Source: Trypethelium eluteriae (lineage: Eukaryota). Taken from it: 63,886 nt of DNA. Both the position numbers and the translations under genes were made by a program. The stretch lies in contig JAVECL010000066.1 of the NCBI GenBank assembly GCA_051942245.1, positions 1-63,886 on the forward strand, in the 5' to 3' direction. Below the pieces are notes generated by a model. The model was not told where the DNA came from and searched no databases. It saw only the letters and a list, made by a program, of their open reading frames with translations. Shown here in pieces: positions 38,795 to 50,680 of this stretch; position 1 is the first letter of the stretch; each line of letters opens with the position of its first letter.

Positions 38795-39913
38795 TTATAT
38801 GTACTTCTTTTCAGGATCTAATCTATCTAGCATCTCCATGGTTTTCTCGTACCTAAGGGGACGTTAGTAGCCAGCTTCAAGGAATGCGAAACATGGTGGA
38901 CACCCAATCAAAAACTCACATTGTGAATACAATCCCACCGCTAAGTGTAAGTCTTCCTAATCTTGGTAAGGCTCCGGACCAGAAAGTCAGGACACCTTCT
39001 TCCCTGAATATACGTGCTGCACAATTGAAACTGTTTCTGTACTCTTGCCTGGCCTCGATTGACTGCATTCTCGTCTTGATTGTGTCTAGGGGCATTGTTG
39101 CATATCTGCATCTACACATCAGCGGAAGGTGAGAGAATGCTTCATATTGACACTAACACCGTGATCACGCCAGCCATTGCTCCCAGACCGAATGTACTCA
39201 GAGATCCGAGCTTCTCCCCAGGTTTCACGTAGCTTTGCGCCATTTGCTTTAGGGTAGTATAGCTCCAGAACCGCACTGCGGAGTTGGCAGCCTGTCGTGC
39301 TGTAGTCGGGACGAAGCCTTGGAAAAAGCCTCGAACACCCTTTTCTCGTGCTATCACCGCCGTCCCGTGAAGAAATCCCTTCATTCGAGGATTGGCAGAT
39401 TTTCGGTCATCGATTAATTGGGTCTTGATGCTTTCAAAAGGAGTCACTGCAAGTAGCGATTCTGTTGCGCCAGCACCAAAGCCCGCAATGACTGTACCAG
39501 GTCCTGAGATTCTTCCTTCGGCATCGGATAGTAGTGACTTGTAAGTGTCGAATGCAACAAACCGGACGCCCGCCTTGATGGAATTTCCGATGATCAAGGT
39601 GGTACAACCAGCATACCACTGAGATCCAAATCGTGGCCACGGCAGTTTCTTTCCATCTGGTAGTCTTCGATTCAATTGGGTTCTGGTTTTTGCAAACTCT
39701 GCAGGATATGTTATGGCGATCTCAATAGCACCAGCCGTTGAGCCGGCAATGATAGAACGTAAAGTGCTCGGCTGAGAAAGCGTCAGTCAAAATTCGACAG
39801 TCGTTATGGCATAAGCCAACAGGAAGACCAAGCAGATACGAATCAGAACATTGAGCACGTGGCACTCAAAAATTTTCCAGATGTCATACCTTTTTCTTTT
39901 CTTCCATTGCCAT
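38795..39913 (-). CDS. CTP1: Mitochondrial citrate/tricarboxylate carrier
   Basis: Three carrier signatures (YPAEFAKTRTQL, TPFESIKTQLID, MPLDTIKTRMQ), plus GNSIKAGVRF, RQAANSAVRF and PRLGRLTLSGGIVFT. 3 introns; stop TAA at 38795. Confidence 0.93.
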
Positions 39914-40349
39914 GTTGTCGGACCAACAGTCCTACGTGATGACTGAGACTGATTTTTGTTCAAGCAATGAAAGTCATGCTGAGCTCATGCGGTCTTTCGC
40001 TAGCCGACGAGCAACGGAATCCAGCAGCAGATTGTTATCTTGGTCAATTTGCCGTCAATATAGGAAATTTGCGAAAGTTAGAGACCGATGTGTTGTATTA
40101 GCTGATCCTCCCTTTAGCCTTTATACAGACGAATCTGTAGAAATTTTGACCTTCGAAAAATTGATTTTTGCTGCCGCGAACAGATATCTTGAAACGTCTG
40201 CAGAAGTTCCCGATCTCCTTCGACACGCGGGCCACTGGACGTCATCGCGTCTGCACGTGACGGTGGCGGAAGTCCTCCCGAATTTTAAAACTTTCGGAGA
40301 GCTCGTCTGCAAAAACATTCCAACCAATCTTCAATCTCCATCATCCGAA

Positions 40350-41546
40350 ATGGCGACCCTTCGAGCTTTGACACGATCGATACCGCGCTCAGCTCCTCGT
40401 CTAGCGCAGCAAACCAATTTCACATCAACCAGTGCCTTGCGCAGAATTTCTCCCTTAGCATCATCATGGTCATCTTCAACTCTACCACGGTTAAATGCAC
40501 CATTTTCGACATCAAGGCCGCGATTGGAATCCGATGACTGTGCGTAATTCAAAAACCTTTGACGCAGTCACTGTTCTAATTACTCTGAAGTGACCCAAGA
40601 GCTCGCCTCGAAACTCGAAAAAGAGCTCTTACTAGAGAAAGATAGCAGAGAGCAATCCGAGTTTTCGACGACCATCAAGGATTATCTGGATAATACGGAC
40701 TTTAAGGTGGGTATCTGTGTCCCTAGAAGTTTTGAATTGATTTGACGGTGGAAAGCTTCAAGATGTTCCTGGACAAGAAGATGTGGTGCTTTCCAAGAAG
40801 CACGGAGATGAGAAGTAATGAGCTATACTACGTCTTGAAATTGCATTGACTGATGATGCACTTCTAGCATCCGAGTAACCTTTTCCGTCGCCGACTTGAA
40901 CAGTTTCGATCAAGAGCAAGAAGAATTGGACCAAGACCGTGCGATGTATGATGAGGAGACTGACATGGACTCCGTACCTACAGATACACAGTCTGGCGGC
41001 GCCAACACCAAGGGCGCTGTCAATCAAGGCCGTACTCCTGGAGGCAACGTCAAGGTTGCACCTGAGGACAATGTTGCTCCTGCAGATCGGCCGGAACTTG
41101 CTGACGATGAGTCGCCAATAGATGAAACGGCCATGGGGGCAGGCGACTTTCCCGCTCGGCTCAATATCACAGTTAACAGGGACGGCAAAGAGGGAGCGCT
41201 CTCTATTGAAGCGACCGCTCAGCAAGGAAACATCACGATTGATAACGTCTACTACTTCCCTACTGTCGACATGGCTGATCCCAAGAATGCGGATGTTGAC
41301 TGGAAGAGGAGGGGACAATATACAGGACCACCATTTGGCAATCTCGATGAAGATCTGCAGATTCTTATGGAGAACTGGGTCGAAAGCAGGGGTATCAACA
41401 CAGCGTTGGCCCTCTTTGTACCCGAGTATATCGACTACAAGGAGCAGCGGGAATACAAGTCGTGGCTCGAGAGTAAGTTACAATTTTTGAGCATGCAATG
41501 CATTCAGCTAACCACGCGGCCAGACCTCGGTAAATTCTTCGACTGA
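40350..41546 (+). CDS. MAM33: Mitochondrial acidic matrix protein Mam33 (p32/C1QBP family)
   Basis: Arg/Ser-rich mitochondrial presequence MATLRALTRSIPRSAPRL, acidic middle region, YTGPPFGNLDEDLQ...RGINTALALFVPEYIDYKEQREY. Confidence 0.92.
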
Positions 41547-41747
41547 ACATACCCTTGACTAAATCTACTGTATTTATGGCCAAATAAATTTCGCCCATGT
41601 ATTAAAAGAAGTGCATCTCCTCTTCCAGCAAATTGGGGTCAGATATTCAATAGCTGAGTTCTAAATGTAAGACTACTATGGATACGCAGCCTTCGGAAAG
41701 GGTATCTTGATACGTAATATGTAAATTGACAAACAGCAGCCTCTGGC

Positions 41748-42338
41748 TCAGTTCTCACGATGCGGCGGGAACTGACTTGCGTGCTTTTTCCCAGCTCTTG
41801 TGATTCTTACAAACACCATAGTATCCAAAGAATTCCATTCACCGTTCCACTGCCTTAACCGATCCACATTGGGTTCATCCTCTAGATCTGGCATCCAAAA
41901 GCCCGAGTTGTATTCCTTTTGCTCTAAGTCTAATTTCGCTTGTAGCAAGTCTTGGCCTGCACTCGCAGGTCGGCCTGGACGGCGCATTGCTTGTAATTCT
42001 GCAAGCGCGTCTTCATCTCGTTTAAGAAAGCCCTCGACAAGTGATTGCATCTCTCGAAGAGAAAAAGTATTTCGGTGCTCCTGTGCGGCTGATTGAAGGA
42101 AAGCTATGCGCTCCACTGCGATAAATCAGGAATAAGAGCGACTTCCCACGCAGCTTCTGTACGCACGAAAAGGTTCCGTTTTTTTCGCTCTCACAGCAGC
42201 AACTCGGTTCAACTTGTCGTCTCGCGCATTGGCCCGTCGCAGCCGCTTCGCATCTCTGCTGTTCTCATGGAGTGCTCCTAGCTTGCCTGGCTTTTTCTTG
42301 TTGATTTGCTTGGTCACTTTCGGGACGCTCGACGGCAT
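41748..42338 (-). CDS. TMA16: Translation machinery-associated protein 16
   Basis: LHENSRDAKRLRRANARDDKL, one intron, then RRPGRPASA...EYNSGFWMPDL...WNGEW. Confidence 0.88.
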
Positions 42339-42440
42339 GATCTGGAGTTGTAAGGAAGAAGAAAAGTTTCCTGAGATCGCAGATGATGTGCAGCTGGGAT
42401 GGCGGGACGAAGCGAAGGCGGTGACGACATGCCGCCCTCG

Positions 42441-42467
42441 ACGCGTTCTCCTTGAAAAGGGACGCGT
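42441..42467. promoter_or_regulatory. Two MCB elements (ACGCGT) in the TMA16/EXO1 divergent promoter
   Basis: ACGCGT at 42441-42446 and 42462-42467, plus ACGCGCG near 42598. MCB boxes are established MBF sites for G1/S DNA-repair genes. Confidence 0.55.
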
Positions 42468-42619
42468 CGGGCAAGGAAGAACTACCGCGCTTTGCTCTTC
42501 GCAAGACCAACCCTGATGGTTGTCTTCGATCTGGACTCATTGTAACCCCGACTATGTCCTATGTTCTATGCCTTTAGACCGTCATATCTGAGCGCCAACG
42601 CGCGCCGTCTAATCTGACA

Positions 42620-44926
42620 ATGGGCATCTCTGGTGGGTTCTCCGTTGGGCGAGGCATCATCAGACTGGGATGCTCACCATTGGCAGGCCTTCTGCCGCTT
42701 CTGAAATCAGTTCAGAAGCCATGCCAACTCAAGAAGTTCTCTGGTCAGACTATTGGTGTTGATGCGTATGGATGGCTCCATCGCGGCACGGTTTCCTGCG
42801 CAATCGACCTTGCCTTGGGCAAACCCACCACCAAGTAGACTTCGAGATCCATGCGAACCATTACGGAATACTGATAGACCGCTAGATTCGTCGACTTTGC
42901 GATGCACCGTGTTCGCATGCTTCTGCACTTTAACATAACTCCATACATTGTCTTCGATGGGGACTATCTTCCATCCAAGTCTCATACTGAAGCTGAACGG
43001 CGCGAGAGACGAGATCAGAGTAAAAAACTAGGACTGGAACTACTGAACTTAGGCAAGACTTCTCAAGCCCATCTAGAATTGCAGAAAGCTATCGATGTAA
43101 CCCCGGAAATGGCCCGCCAGCTCATCGAGGAGCTTAAAAAAGCTGGGGTAAATTACATCGTCGCACCTTACGAAGCAGACTCTCAACTTGTCTATCTGGA
43201 GAGGAAAGGCTTCATTCAGGGAATCATCTCGGAAGACTCTGACATGCTAGTGTTTGGTGCCAAATGCCTGCTCACCAAGCTTGATCAGTACGGGGAGTGT
43301 GTCATGATACATCGTCGAGATTTTGCCGCTTGCCGCGAAGTTAGTCTCGTCGGATGGACAGATGCCGACTTTAGACGTATGGCAATCCTGTCAGGCTGCG
43401 ACTATTTGCCAAGCATCAGCAACATGGGTCTCAAGACGGCTTACCGATTGCTAAGAAAGTACAAGAACATAGAGAGACTGGTGAAGCAGCTGCAGTGGGA
43501 CGCAAAATTCAAGGTCCCACACGACTATTTGGTGAGCTTCAAGAGAGCTGAACTAACTTTTCTCTATCAATGGGTCTGGTGTCCTGACGAAAAGCAATTG
43601 GTGAATCTTACAGAACCACTGGAAGACCTGGATTTTGCAACGATGGAATACATTGGTTCACTCGTCGAGCCAAACGTGGCAATGCGAGTCGCGGCTGGTG
43701 ACATTCATCCACATACGAAGGAGGTCATCAACTTGGACCCGGCATTGCTAAAGAACTCCAAATGGCCAGCCACAAGAACAAAAGCTTCGGTATCCGCGAC
43801 ACCAGTGGACAATCTGAAAGGGAACAAAGCCATTGATACATTTTTCAAACCAAAGCGAGTGCCTCTTGCCGAACTTGATCCCAACATCTTCACCCATACA
43901 CCAAGTCAACGACGACTTTTGCAACACGAGCCGTCATCATGGAACGCCACGCCTGTACCAATGCGCTCGGCTACCGAGCGAAGGAACGTATCCACTGCTG
44001 GTGCAGGACGAGCATCAGTCGGGCGAACCTTTTCTGCTCCAAATCCAAGCAAGCGACAACGTCTCTGCTCAGACGATCTTTCTCCCTCAACTCGTACCTC
44101 TGCCAAGATAGAAGCAGGAGCAAGCCGTTTCTTCTCTCCTTCGGGACTCAGTCAGACATCATCAACGAGGCCATCAAAATCCCGCTCCAAGAGTACTGCG
44201 GAAACCGAGTTCCAGCTTTGGTCCGACGATTCCATTGGAGAGGCTATGGCAGATCTCACCGAGACCATTACAAGCACGGCCAAGACGAAGAAGAAGCTGG
44301 ATATCTTCAGAGACGATTCCGGCTACTCTACGGCCAGCATGTTGACTGATCATAAAGAGACACAGTCAACTATTCGTTCAACCCTTCCTGACCCTGAGTC
44401 CACCAGACTTGAACATAGTTCAGTGTTCAACGCTTCCACAACCGCAGACCTGAACGACCTCCGCACCAAATTCCAATGCCAACCTCCCACTGTCTCTACA
44501 CCCATATCTGCACCCCCTTCAGCCAATCTCCCAGAAACCGCATCCGATCTGCCTACCTTGCGAGCCTCGCAAGAGCACGCGGCAGCACCGGATTCCGAGC
44601 CTGCTGCGGACGAATCCGAGATTCCAGAGTCAGAAGTGGATAGCACGAGTCCCACTAAATCTGACGACCTCGACGGCTCAACGCTGATCGATCCCGAGGC
44701 CGTCCTCACCCCTCTGAAGCTGGGCATGAAGGCCGTATTGCGCGATGCTATAGATCTGAAAGCCGGTGAAATAGCAGAGGGCAAGGTTGAGATGAAGGGG
44801 AGCGAGGACATGCTTGTGCCGGACAGCGAGGCGGAGTCCGAGCTCGAGCCTCTGAGTCCGGTTGCGAAGGTGGCGAGTCGGCCTGACAGGGTCTTGGACT
44901 TGGCGCGGTTCGCGTTTGATGGGTAG
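42620..44926 (+). CDS. EXO1: Exonuclease 1 (XPG/Rad2 family)
   Basis: MGISGLLPLLK (split by an intron), GVDAYGWLHRG, VFDGDYLPSK, VAPYEADSQL, SEDSDML, LSGCDYLPS, and an SRFF MIP-box-like motif. Confidence 0.95.
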
Positions 44927-45573
44927 AGGGAGCTGCAAATACTGGCGTTTGGGTTTTGGAGGGAATCAAGCACGTATGGGTGCATTGAGGATTGCTTGTT
45001 GGGCTGGAGAAATCGTGGTACAGAATCACGGCAAGTGTTTTCTTTGAACGGACACCTTCGTGCTAGAGGCTTTGCTGGAGAATCATAGCTGGGTCAGCGT
45101 GACATGAGAGATTAAAGACGGTAAAGAGGAGAACTCTATGTTAGCGTACTTATGAGGCCTCAGGTGAGATAGCATTCCGAAACAATTCATTCGCAGTTTA
45201 TGTGGCTCTCCATGTTAGTAGATTTAGGTGCAGATTTTGACTTACAGACTGGCCAAATATGTGAGTTCACAAAGTTAAGGTCGCTTCTTGGATCTTCAAG
45301 AGCGTACTCTCCAATCCTTGACATCTTCGTGCCTTGAAAATTCCGAACGGTTTACAAAAATGCAGAAACGGTTGCTTTGCGGTTTAATCTATCATCTAAG
45401 CTCTGTGGTACGATGCTCAACCCGGATCAAAAACCAACAACTCATCTATCGTGAGCAGTGGGACTCCAAATATACAAGCAACTACAGCCCCGAAACAGCC
45501 TCGCAACAGACTGCCGCCATCCATAGCCCTTACAGCGCCTGCGGTGTTCGTTTGGTTTGTTCCACTCGCCGTG

Positions 45574-46336
45574 TCAGTAGGTAAGGGGAGAGAACTCAAA
45601 AGATGCGAAGCCCGACCCAGCCACGACATTGCCGCCCGCGTTCATGGCAAATCTACAAAAATCTTTGCGGCGTACCATCGGGCACGAGTCCACTTGAAGC
45701 CAAGAACGGAAACTCTTATCGAATATTGATACAGGACCTTCAACCGAAAGCGTGAAGCTACTATCCAGCATAGCCATAGTATACCGGCCTTTCATATCAG
45801 ACTCCTCGATCGTGATATGGACTCCGCCTTCAGTATCGGTGGAGACATTATCATCTTCGATAGATGCGGAGGCCATCACAAATGATATCACAATTGTTAT
45901 TCCACTGCTCCCTATCCTGGTACTTGAAGAATCCATGGAGACAACTTGACCATCGACCGTGGTTGCTGCGCCTCCGGGAGATAGGGTGGCCGGCCCAGCA
46001 GGACCCATGAGAGCTGGAGCAACATTGTCCTCTGGGGATGACGTACCAAATCAAGATTTTCATGGACGTGTACAAGCACAAGTCACGTTGAAGCGGGTTG
46101 TAGAATTTAAGTCTGGATCGGCATTGCACTGAGAGAAGGTAGGAGAAGCACATTACGGCTGATTGAGGCTTGTGTACAAGCTCGGCCAAGTCGGATACCG
46201 CGAAGAGGATGCTCGACGTATCATAATGACCATTGCTAGCGCTCCAGCACAAAGTTCCACAAGCAAAAGTCTCAATGCCGGAACTTTGTAGGGTTCCAAA
46301 GGCGGCTGAAATCTCTCTTAGAATTACCACGCGCAT
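45574..46336 (-). pseudogene. Possible remnant of a Ser/Thr-rich cell-surface protein gene
   Basis: The fragment PATLSPGGAATTVDGQVVSMDSSSTRIGSS resembles repeat units of fungal surface proteins. The frames are broken and no clean start is visible. Confidence 0.3.
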
Positions 46337-46646
46337 CTAGCGTACATCAGTACTTACATATTGCAATATGTTCTCCGGAAAGATGAGCTAAGAACCGCCT
46401 CTGCAGTGTACATTCGATAGAGGTGACAATACGGACAAGAAGGCTTCTGCTGAGCTGCACAACATTGAACCTGCAATTAGCTCACCTCTGCGTGGCGAAG
46501 AGACACCAAGATATAACCTATGAGCCCTTGTATACTGCTACACGGGTCGAGCTAAGCAGAAGTGGGAGTATTCGTTAAAGTTCCGCCAGCAAGCAGCTGA
46601 TCGATACGTCCAAGGATCCCGCAGAGAATCTAAAGCCATGCCGACG

Positions 46647-48103
46647 TCAGTGACCCTGCGAGAACCTTGCCGTATTTGCCATCTCATATGTCCTGTCCAC
46701 CCTGATTGCCTCAGTAGGATGTTGCAGCAAATTTTCCTCATCGTTCATTGTGTTGCTTGGTACCCTTGTCACACTTGCATCATTCTGATACGGCTGTAGT
46801 TCCACCCACGCTCGCTTTCCGTCGATAGACTCCGCAGACTCCTGCTTTGCACGACTGGACTCCACTCTGCTAGACCCATCGCCTCGACTAGAGCCACGGA
46901 ACCTCATAAGCGATAGGAGCGACCCACTGCGGTGGACGTAGGACTGAACGCTTCGAAGCAAATTTTCGATGAGAGTAGAGCCCGCAAACAAGGGGGCGAT
47001 AGTAGGCAAGCAAGCGGTCACGATGCTTGAGCAAGCCTCAATGTCTGCCCAAAGAACTCCCCATGCAGAAACACCTAGCATGCCATGTCAGCCGATGTCT
47101 AACACGCGTCCACTGATGAGCAGGCATCGATCCTCTGAGAATTATGTGATCAAGAAACGTTATGATCCTACGTACTCGTAATATTGTAGGAGCTGGTCTT
47201 GCCCGCAACGACAAGGTGAAGCTCCCAGTTGTACCAGGTACGCACCGCCGACGAAACAACGCAGCTGCAGTAGGTCAGACTGGTACCACTTAAGCCATTA
47301 AGAGCTCTTACAAGAAGCCTAGACCGAATGTGCCGATGAGCGCCACTTTCTTGGTAGTATCCATATGTAAGTGTGCGATGACGCGTATTGGCAATACCAG
47401 GACTGTCAGATCCAAGAAGATATCGATGATTGACATAGCAAACAGGAAGATCTCATAGTCAAATGCCCTAGTAAAATCAAATGAAGACGTCCACCAATTG
47501 TCTACTGGATTGGCGGAGAAGATTTGAGCCTATTTTCAAGTTAGCGTGTTGTGAAGGCGCCGCGTACAGTGATCTCACGAAGATTGCGGCAACCATCCAT
47601 GCCGCTACAATCACGAAAACAACGTTGGCGGCGAGATGAAAGCGCCTAAGATCAAAAATGCGCTTATAGAAAAGCAAGATCGAAAATTTGACGACAGCAT
47701 AGACGATAAAGCCAAGCAATGCATTGACCCAGATGATCTGCGAAGGACATGAGTTTCATACATCAGGACGCGCCCTCGATAGCTAATGACCAACCTTCTC
47801 ATGCGCATGGTATTCTTCAAGCGTTAGAGACGGTATTGGCCGGGCGAAAAGGTTGGTGGCTCCAGCATACAGCGTAGTGATACACAGGCCGACTGCTACA
47901 ATCTGAATGGATGGTTATTGCCTTAGAAATGCTAGTAAATATATCTTCACACTTACAAGACAAAACACAATCATCCAGTCATCAGCTCTGATAGAGACTT
48001 TCCTCTTCCTGCGGGTGAAAAGCCGGAGCGTGACAGCGCATATCGCTAACGACATCAAGATGATACTTCCCGCCACGATGCTCTTTGACAGAGGCAGCAA
48101 CAT
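46647..48103 (-). CDS. PTH11-like (fungal rhodopsin-domain) integral membrane protein
   Basis: LRLFTRR...RADDW, VKFSILLFYKRIF, DIFLDLTVLVLPI, KKVALIGTFGLG, WADIEACSSIVTACLPTIAPL over about 6 exons. Confidence 0.88.
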
Positions 48104-48874
48104 CGTGAGGCGCGCAGCTTTTTGCTGAAGCTATTTCGATAAGGAAGCATGAACTGTTGATGGTTTGCTGTTCTCGTTGGGGTTAAGGAAAGTAAGAATA
48201 CTCGGAATCGAGACAAGACTGAACAGTAGACAAAAGAGCCTCACAAAGGCAGCTCTGATCGGCTGAGATAACTACCAATTCCATCACCAGGCAAGTCATG
48301 GCCTGAGCAAGTTTGACAGAGCGGGTTACCTCATTAGGAGCACTTTGCCATATCTGTAGCGAATTACAGGATGGTAAAACCTAGCATCTCTGCATAAAGT
48401 AGGCAGCATCGGCGGGAGACCTTCAGTGTTGGCTGTAATGCGAGGAGACGGATGCAGCGATACTTCGCCTGCAATTGCAGCACGTAAATGTCATTAGAAC
48501 CATTCAGCAGCTGGTGGCAAATGCGGGTGTACTGAATCGGGGCTGAAGGAGACATGAAGAGGATGGAGCTACCCTTGCAGCCTTCGAATACAGGCTTGTG
48601 CGTGCATTCGTGGCTCACGGTATTTATGACAGATGGTCAGATATACGGATGATTCGATTAATGTCAAATGATAGGCCCGCTGAAGGAGAGCGATACGAAG
48701 AGACCGTATTAAGGTGAGGCTGTCGTAGGCAGCGCGGTTCAGCGGAGTACTCTACGATACCGTATCGTAGCTAACCCTGTCTGCCTACCCCCAGCCAGCC
48801 CAGCCCAGCAATATTAAAAGTGCTTCGGCTAATTTCCATTCCTAGTCCCGACGTCCCAGTACCTGCGATAACTT

Positions 48875-49171
48875 TTATTCATTAATTCCATGGTAGGCGT
48901 AGACAACGTCCTCGTCGCGATCAGTATCAGGATAGACGATGTATTCATCACTGTCTTCTTTGATGTTAGTTGATCTTCCATCCTTCTGATGTTGTCTCTG
49001 CTCACCCTGGGCATTCTCACGCCTCTGTTCGACAGATCCTAAGCAGAATGTGAGTATGCAGTAGATGTACGCCAAAGCACTATGGAGGCACGAACTGATC
49101 TTTATTTCTTGAATGGGCAACGCCCAAGTCAGTGAAAGAATGGTTGCAATGAGAAGAGTCGACAGCTGCAT
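48875..49171 (-). CDS. Small secreted peptide; candidate RiPP (dikaritin-type) precursor
   Basis: Signal peptide MQLSTLLIATILSLTWA-LP. In-frame intron 49095-49039 (GTTCGT..CTCAC..TAG) and probable in-frame intron 49005-48955 (GTGAGC..ACTAAC..AAG). Product contains an RR site and two acidic Tyr units, DSDEYIVYPDT and DRDEDVVYAYH. Adjacent to two DUF3328 genes. Confidence 0.78.
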   Translation of the reverse strand: MQLSTLLIATILSLTWALPIQEIKISSCLHSALAYIYCILTFCLGSVEQRRENAQGEQRQHQKDGRSTNIKEDSDEYIVYPDTDRDEDVVYAYHGINE

Positions 49172-49281
49172 TTTGCGAGATGGGTCTGCGATTGAAGACC
49201 GAAGTTTCGACGATGCGGGACTTTGATCAGAGAGTATTACTTTAGGAATGAGATACCAGTGAGCTCCACGGGATGATCGCA

Positions 49282-49287
49282 TTTATA
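49282..49287 (-). promoter_or_regulatory. TATA box of the candidate precursor gene
   Basis: TATAAA on the minus strand, about 110 nt upstream of the ATG at 49171. Confidence 0.4.
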
Positions 49288-49664
49288 CCTTATCTGCCGC
49301 ATTGCACTCTTAGTATCATTGCCCGCTCTTACACAAGTCTCTCTACCTGCACGTGGGAATTCTCAACACTATCTCTAACAGGCTCCAGGGCCAATAAATA
49401 TCCCTGCCGCTTTTCGGGCGTGAAGTCATCATCTGAACTCAAAGCAGGCGCCATGGGCCGCTCAGCATAGTTGTCCATCAGACCTTGCAATTACTGGTCT
49501 TTGGTATCACCCCCCAGGCACCATCATTGTACCGAACATTCGATTTATAGCGCCACCTCGGCTTGAGATAGATACGGGACAGAACGCTCTCCGAACTCCT
49601 TCTATGCTGTAGCGTGCCCTTTGTTTCTGTGCATGCTGTGAGCACATTGTCGCTGCTCAGCAAC

Positions 49665-50585
49665 ATGGGTTCTCTCAGCGACGATGAAAAGGTACCAATG
49701 CTGGATGATGATCGCCCTCATCAGAATCAGAAGTTCAGAACAGTCAAGAAGCACCGGATCTCTAATTTCCTTCATACTCTCACGATTTGCTTGTACACAA
49801 TCATCAGCGCATTTGCGATCAGGCCAGCGCATTTGCGATCAGGCACGCGCAGAGGCCTGCAACCTCTCTTTGGCGTGAGTCCTAGAAACTGCTATAGTCC
49901 AAATCTTGAACAAAGGCGCTGACGCCTGTATCAGCCATCACGGGCCTTGACGTCAATTATCAAGCTCAGAATTATACGGACTTCGAGCTGAGCGATTTTT
50001 CGGGGCCACCGAGTCCGTTTTTGGACAGCAAGTGGCATGAGCTGCTGGACCAGATTACCTTGCGAGTAACCGAGGATGAGCTACGGCAAAGTAATCAGAG
50101 CTCTGTTGCATTACCAAATGGTGGATACATGGCATGGCTTGGAGTGTCGCATGAACTCCACTGCATTGTGAGACTACTGTTCGTAACGGAGTAGCGGTCT
50201 GTCCTGCTAATACAGATGCGGTGGAAGAAAATGCTCCGCCAGTGGAATTATAGGGACCACTACCATCCAAATCTTTCTGAATCAGATCACGTACATTGGG
50301 ATATTCATGCGGGTGAGAGCCATCTACAACATCTTGTATTACTCCACTGATTCTCTGTCAGATCACTGCCTGGAACTTCTTCGCTCAGCAGCGCTGTGTC
50401 ATGCAGACACTACTTTAACGACCTTTCGGTGGGATCAAAAGCCCAAGCCGATGTTGAATACCAAATTAACTCCTCATAAGTGTGTGAAGTGGCAGCCATT
50501 AATAGCGTCATTGGAGCACAGGGTGGTAAGCGAGAGAGAGATGCAGAATTTGATTAACCCTCTGCTACTTCGAGAGTCGCATTAG
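49665..50585 (+). pseudogene. DUF3328/UstYa-family oxidase #1, frameshifted as written
   Basis: N-terminal TM, then exons encoding FSGPPSPFLDSKWHELL, GVSHELHCI, IHADHCLELLRSAALCHADTT and HKCVKW. Exon 1 (49665-49874) is out of phase with exon 2 (starting 49935) because of a 20-nt tandem duplication. Confidence 0.8.
49805..49844 (+). repeat. Perfect 20-nt tandem duplication CAGCGCATTTGCGATCAGGC x2
   Basis: Read directly: copies at 49805-49824 and 49825-49844. Confidence 0.95.
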
Positions 50586-50680
50586 GAGAAGATATAGAGT
50601 GTAATAGATAGACCTAATTAATTGTATCCAGTATCTTTTCTGCAGATGTGGTCGTCTGTTTGATTGATATATACATGTTC

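Noticed and set aside
39912..40349. Apparent 146-aa N-terminal extension of MAM33
   Set aside because: It runs through the CTP1/MAM33 promoter. The mitochondrial presequence begins at the ATG at 40350.
49172..49282. Extra 37 N-terminal residues on the precursor ORF in the track
   Set aside because: Non-preferred upstream start overlapping the TATA region. The signal peptide begins at Met 49171.
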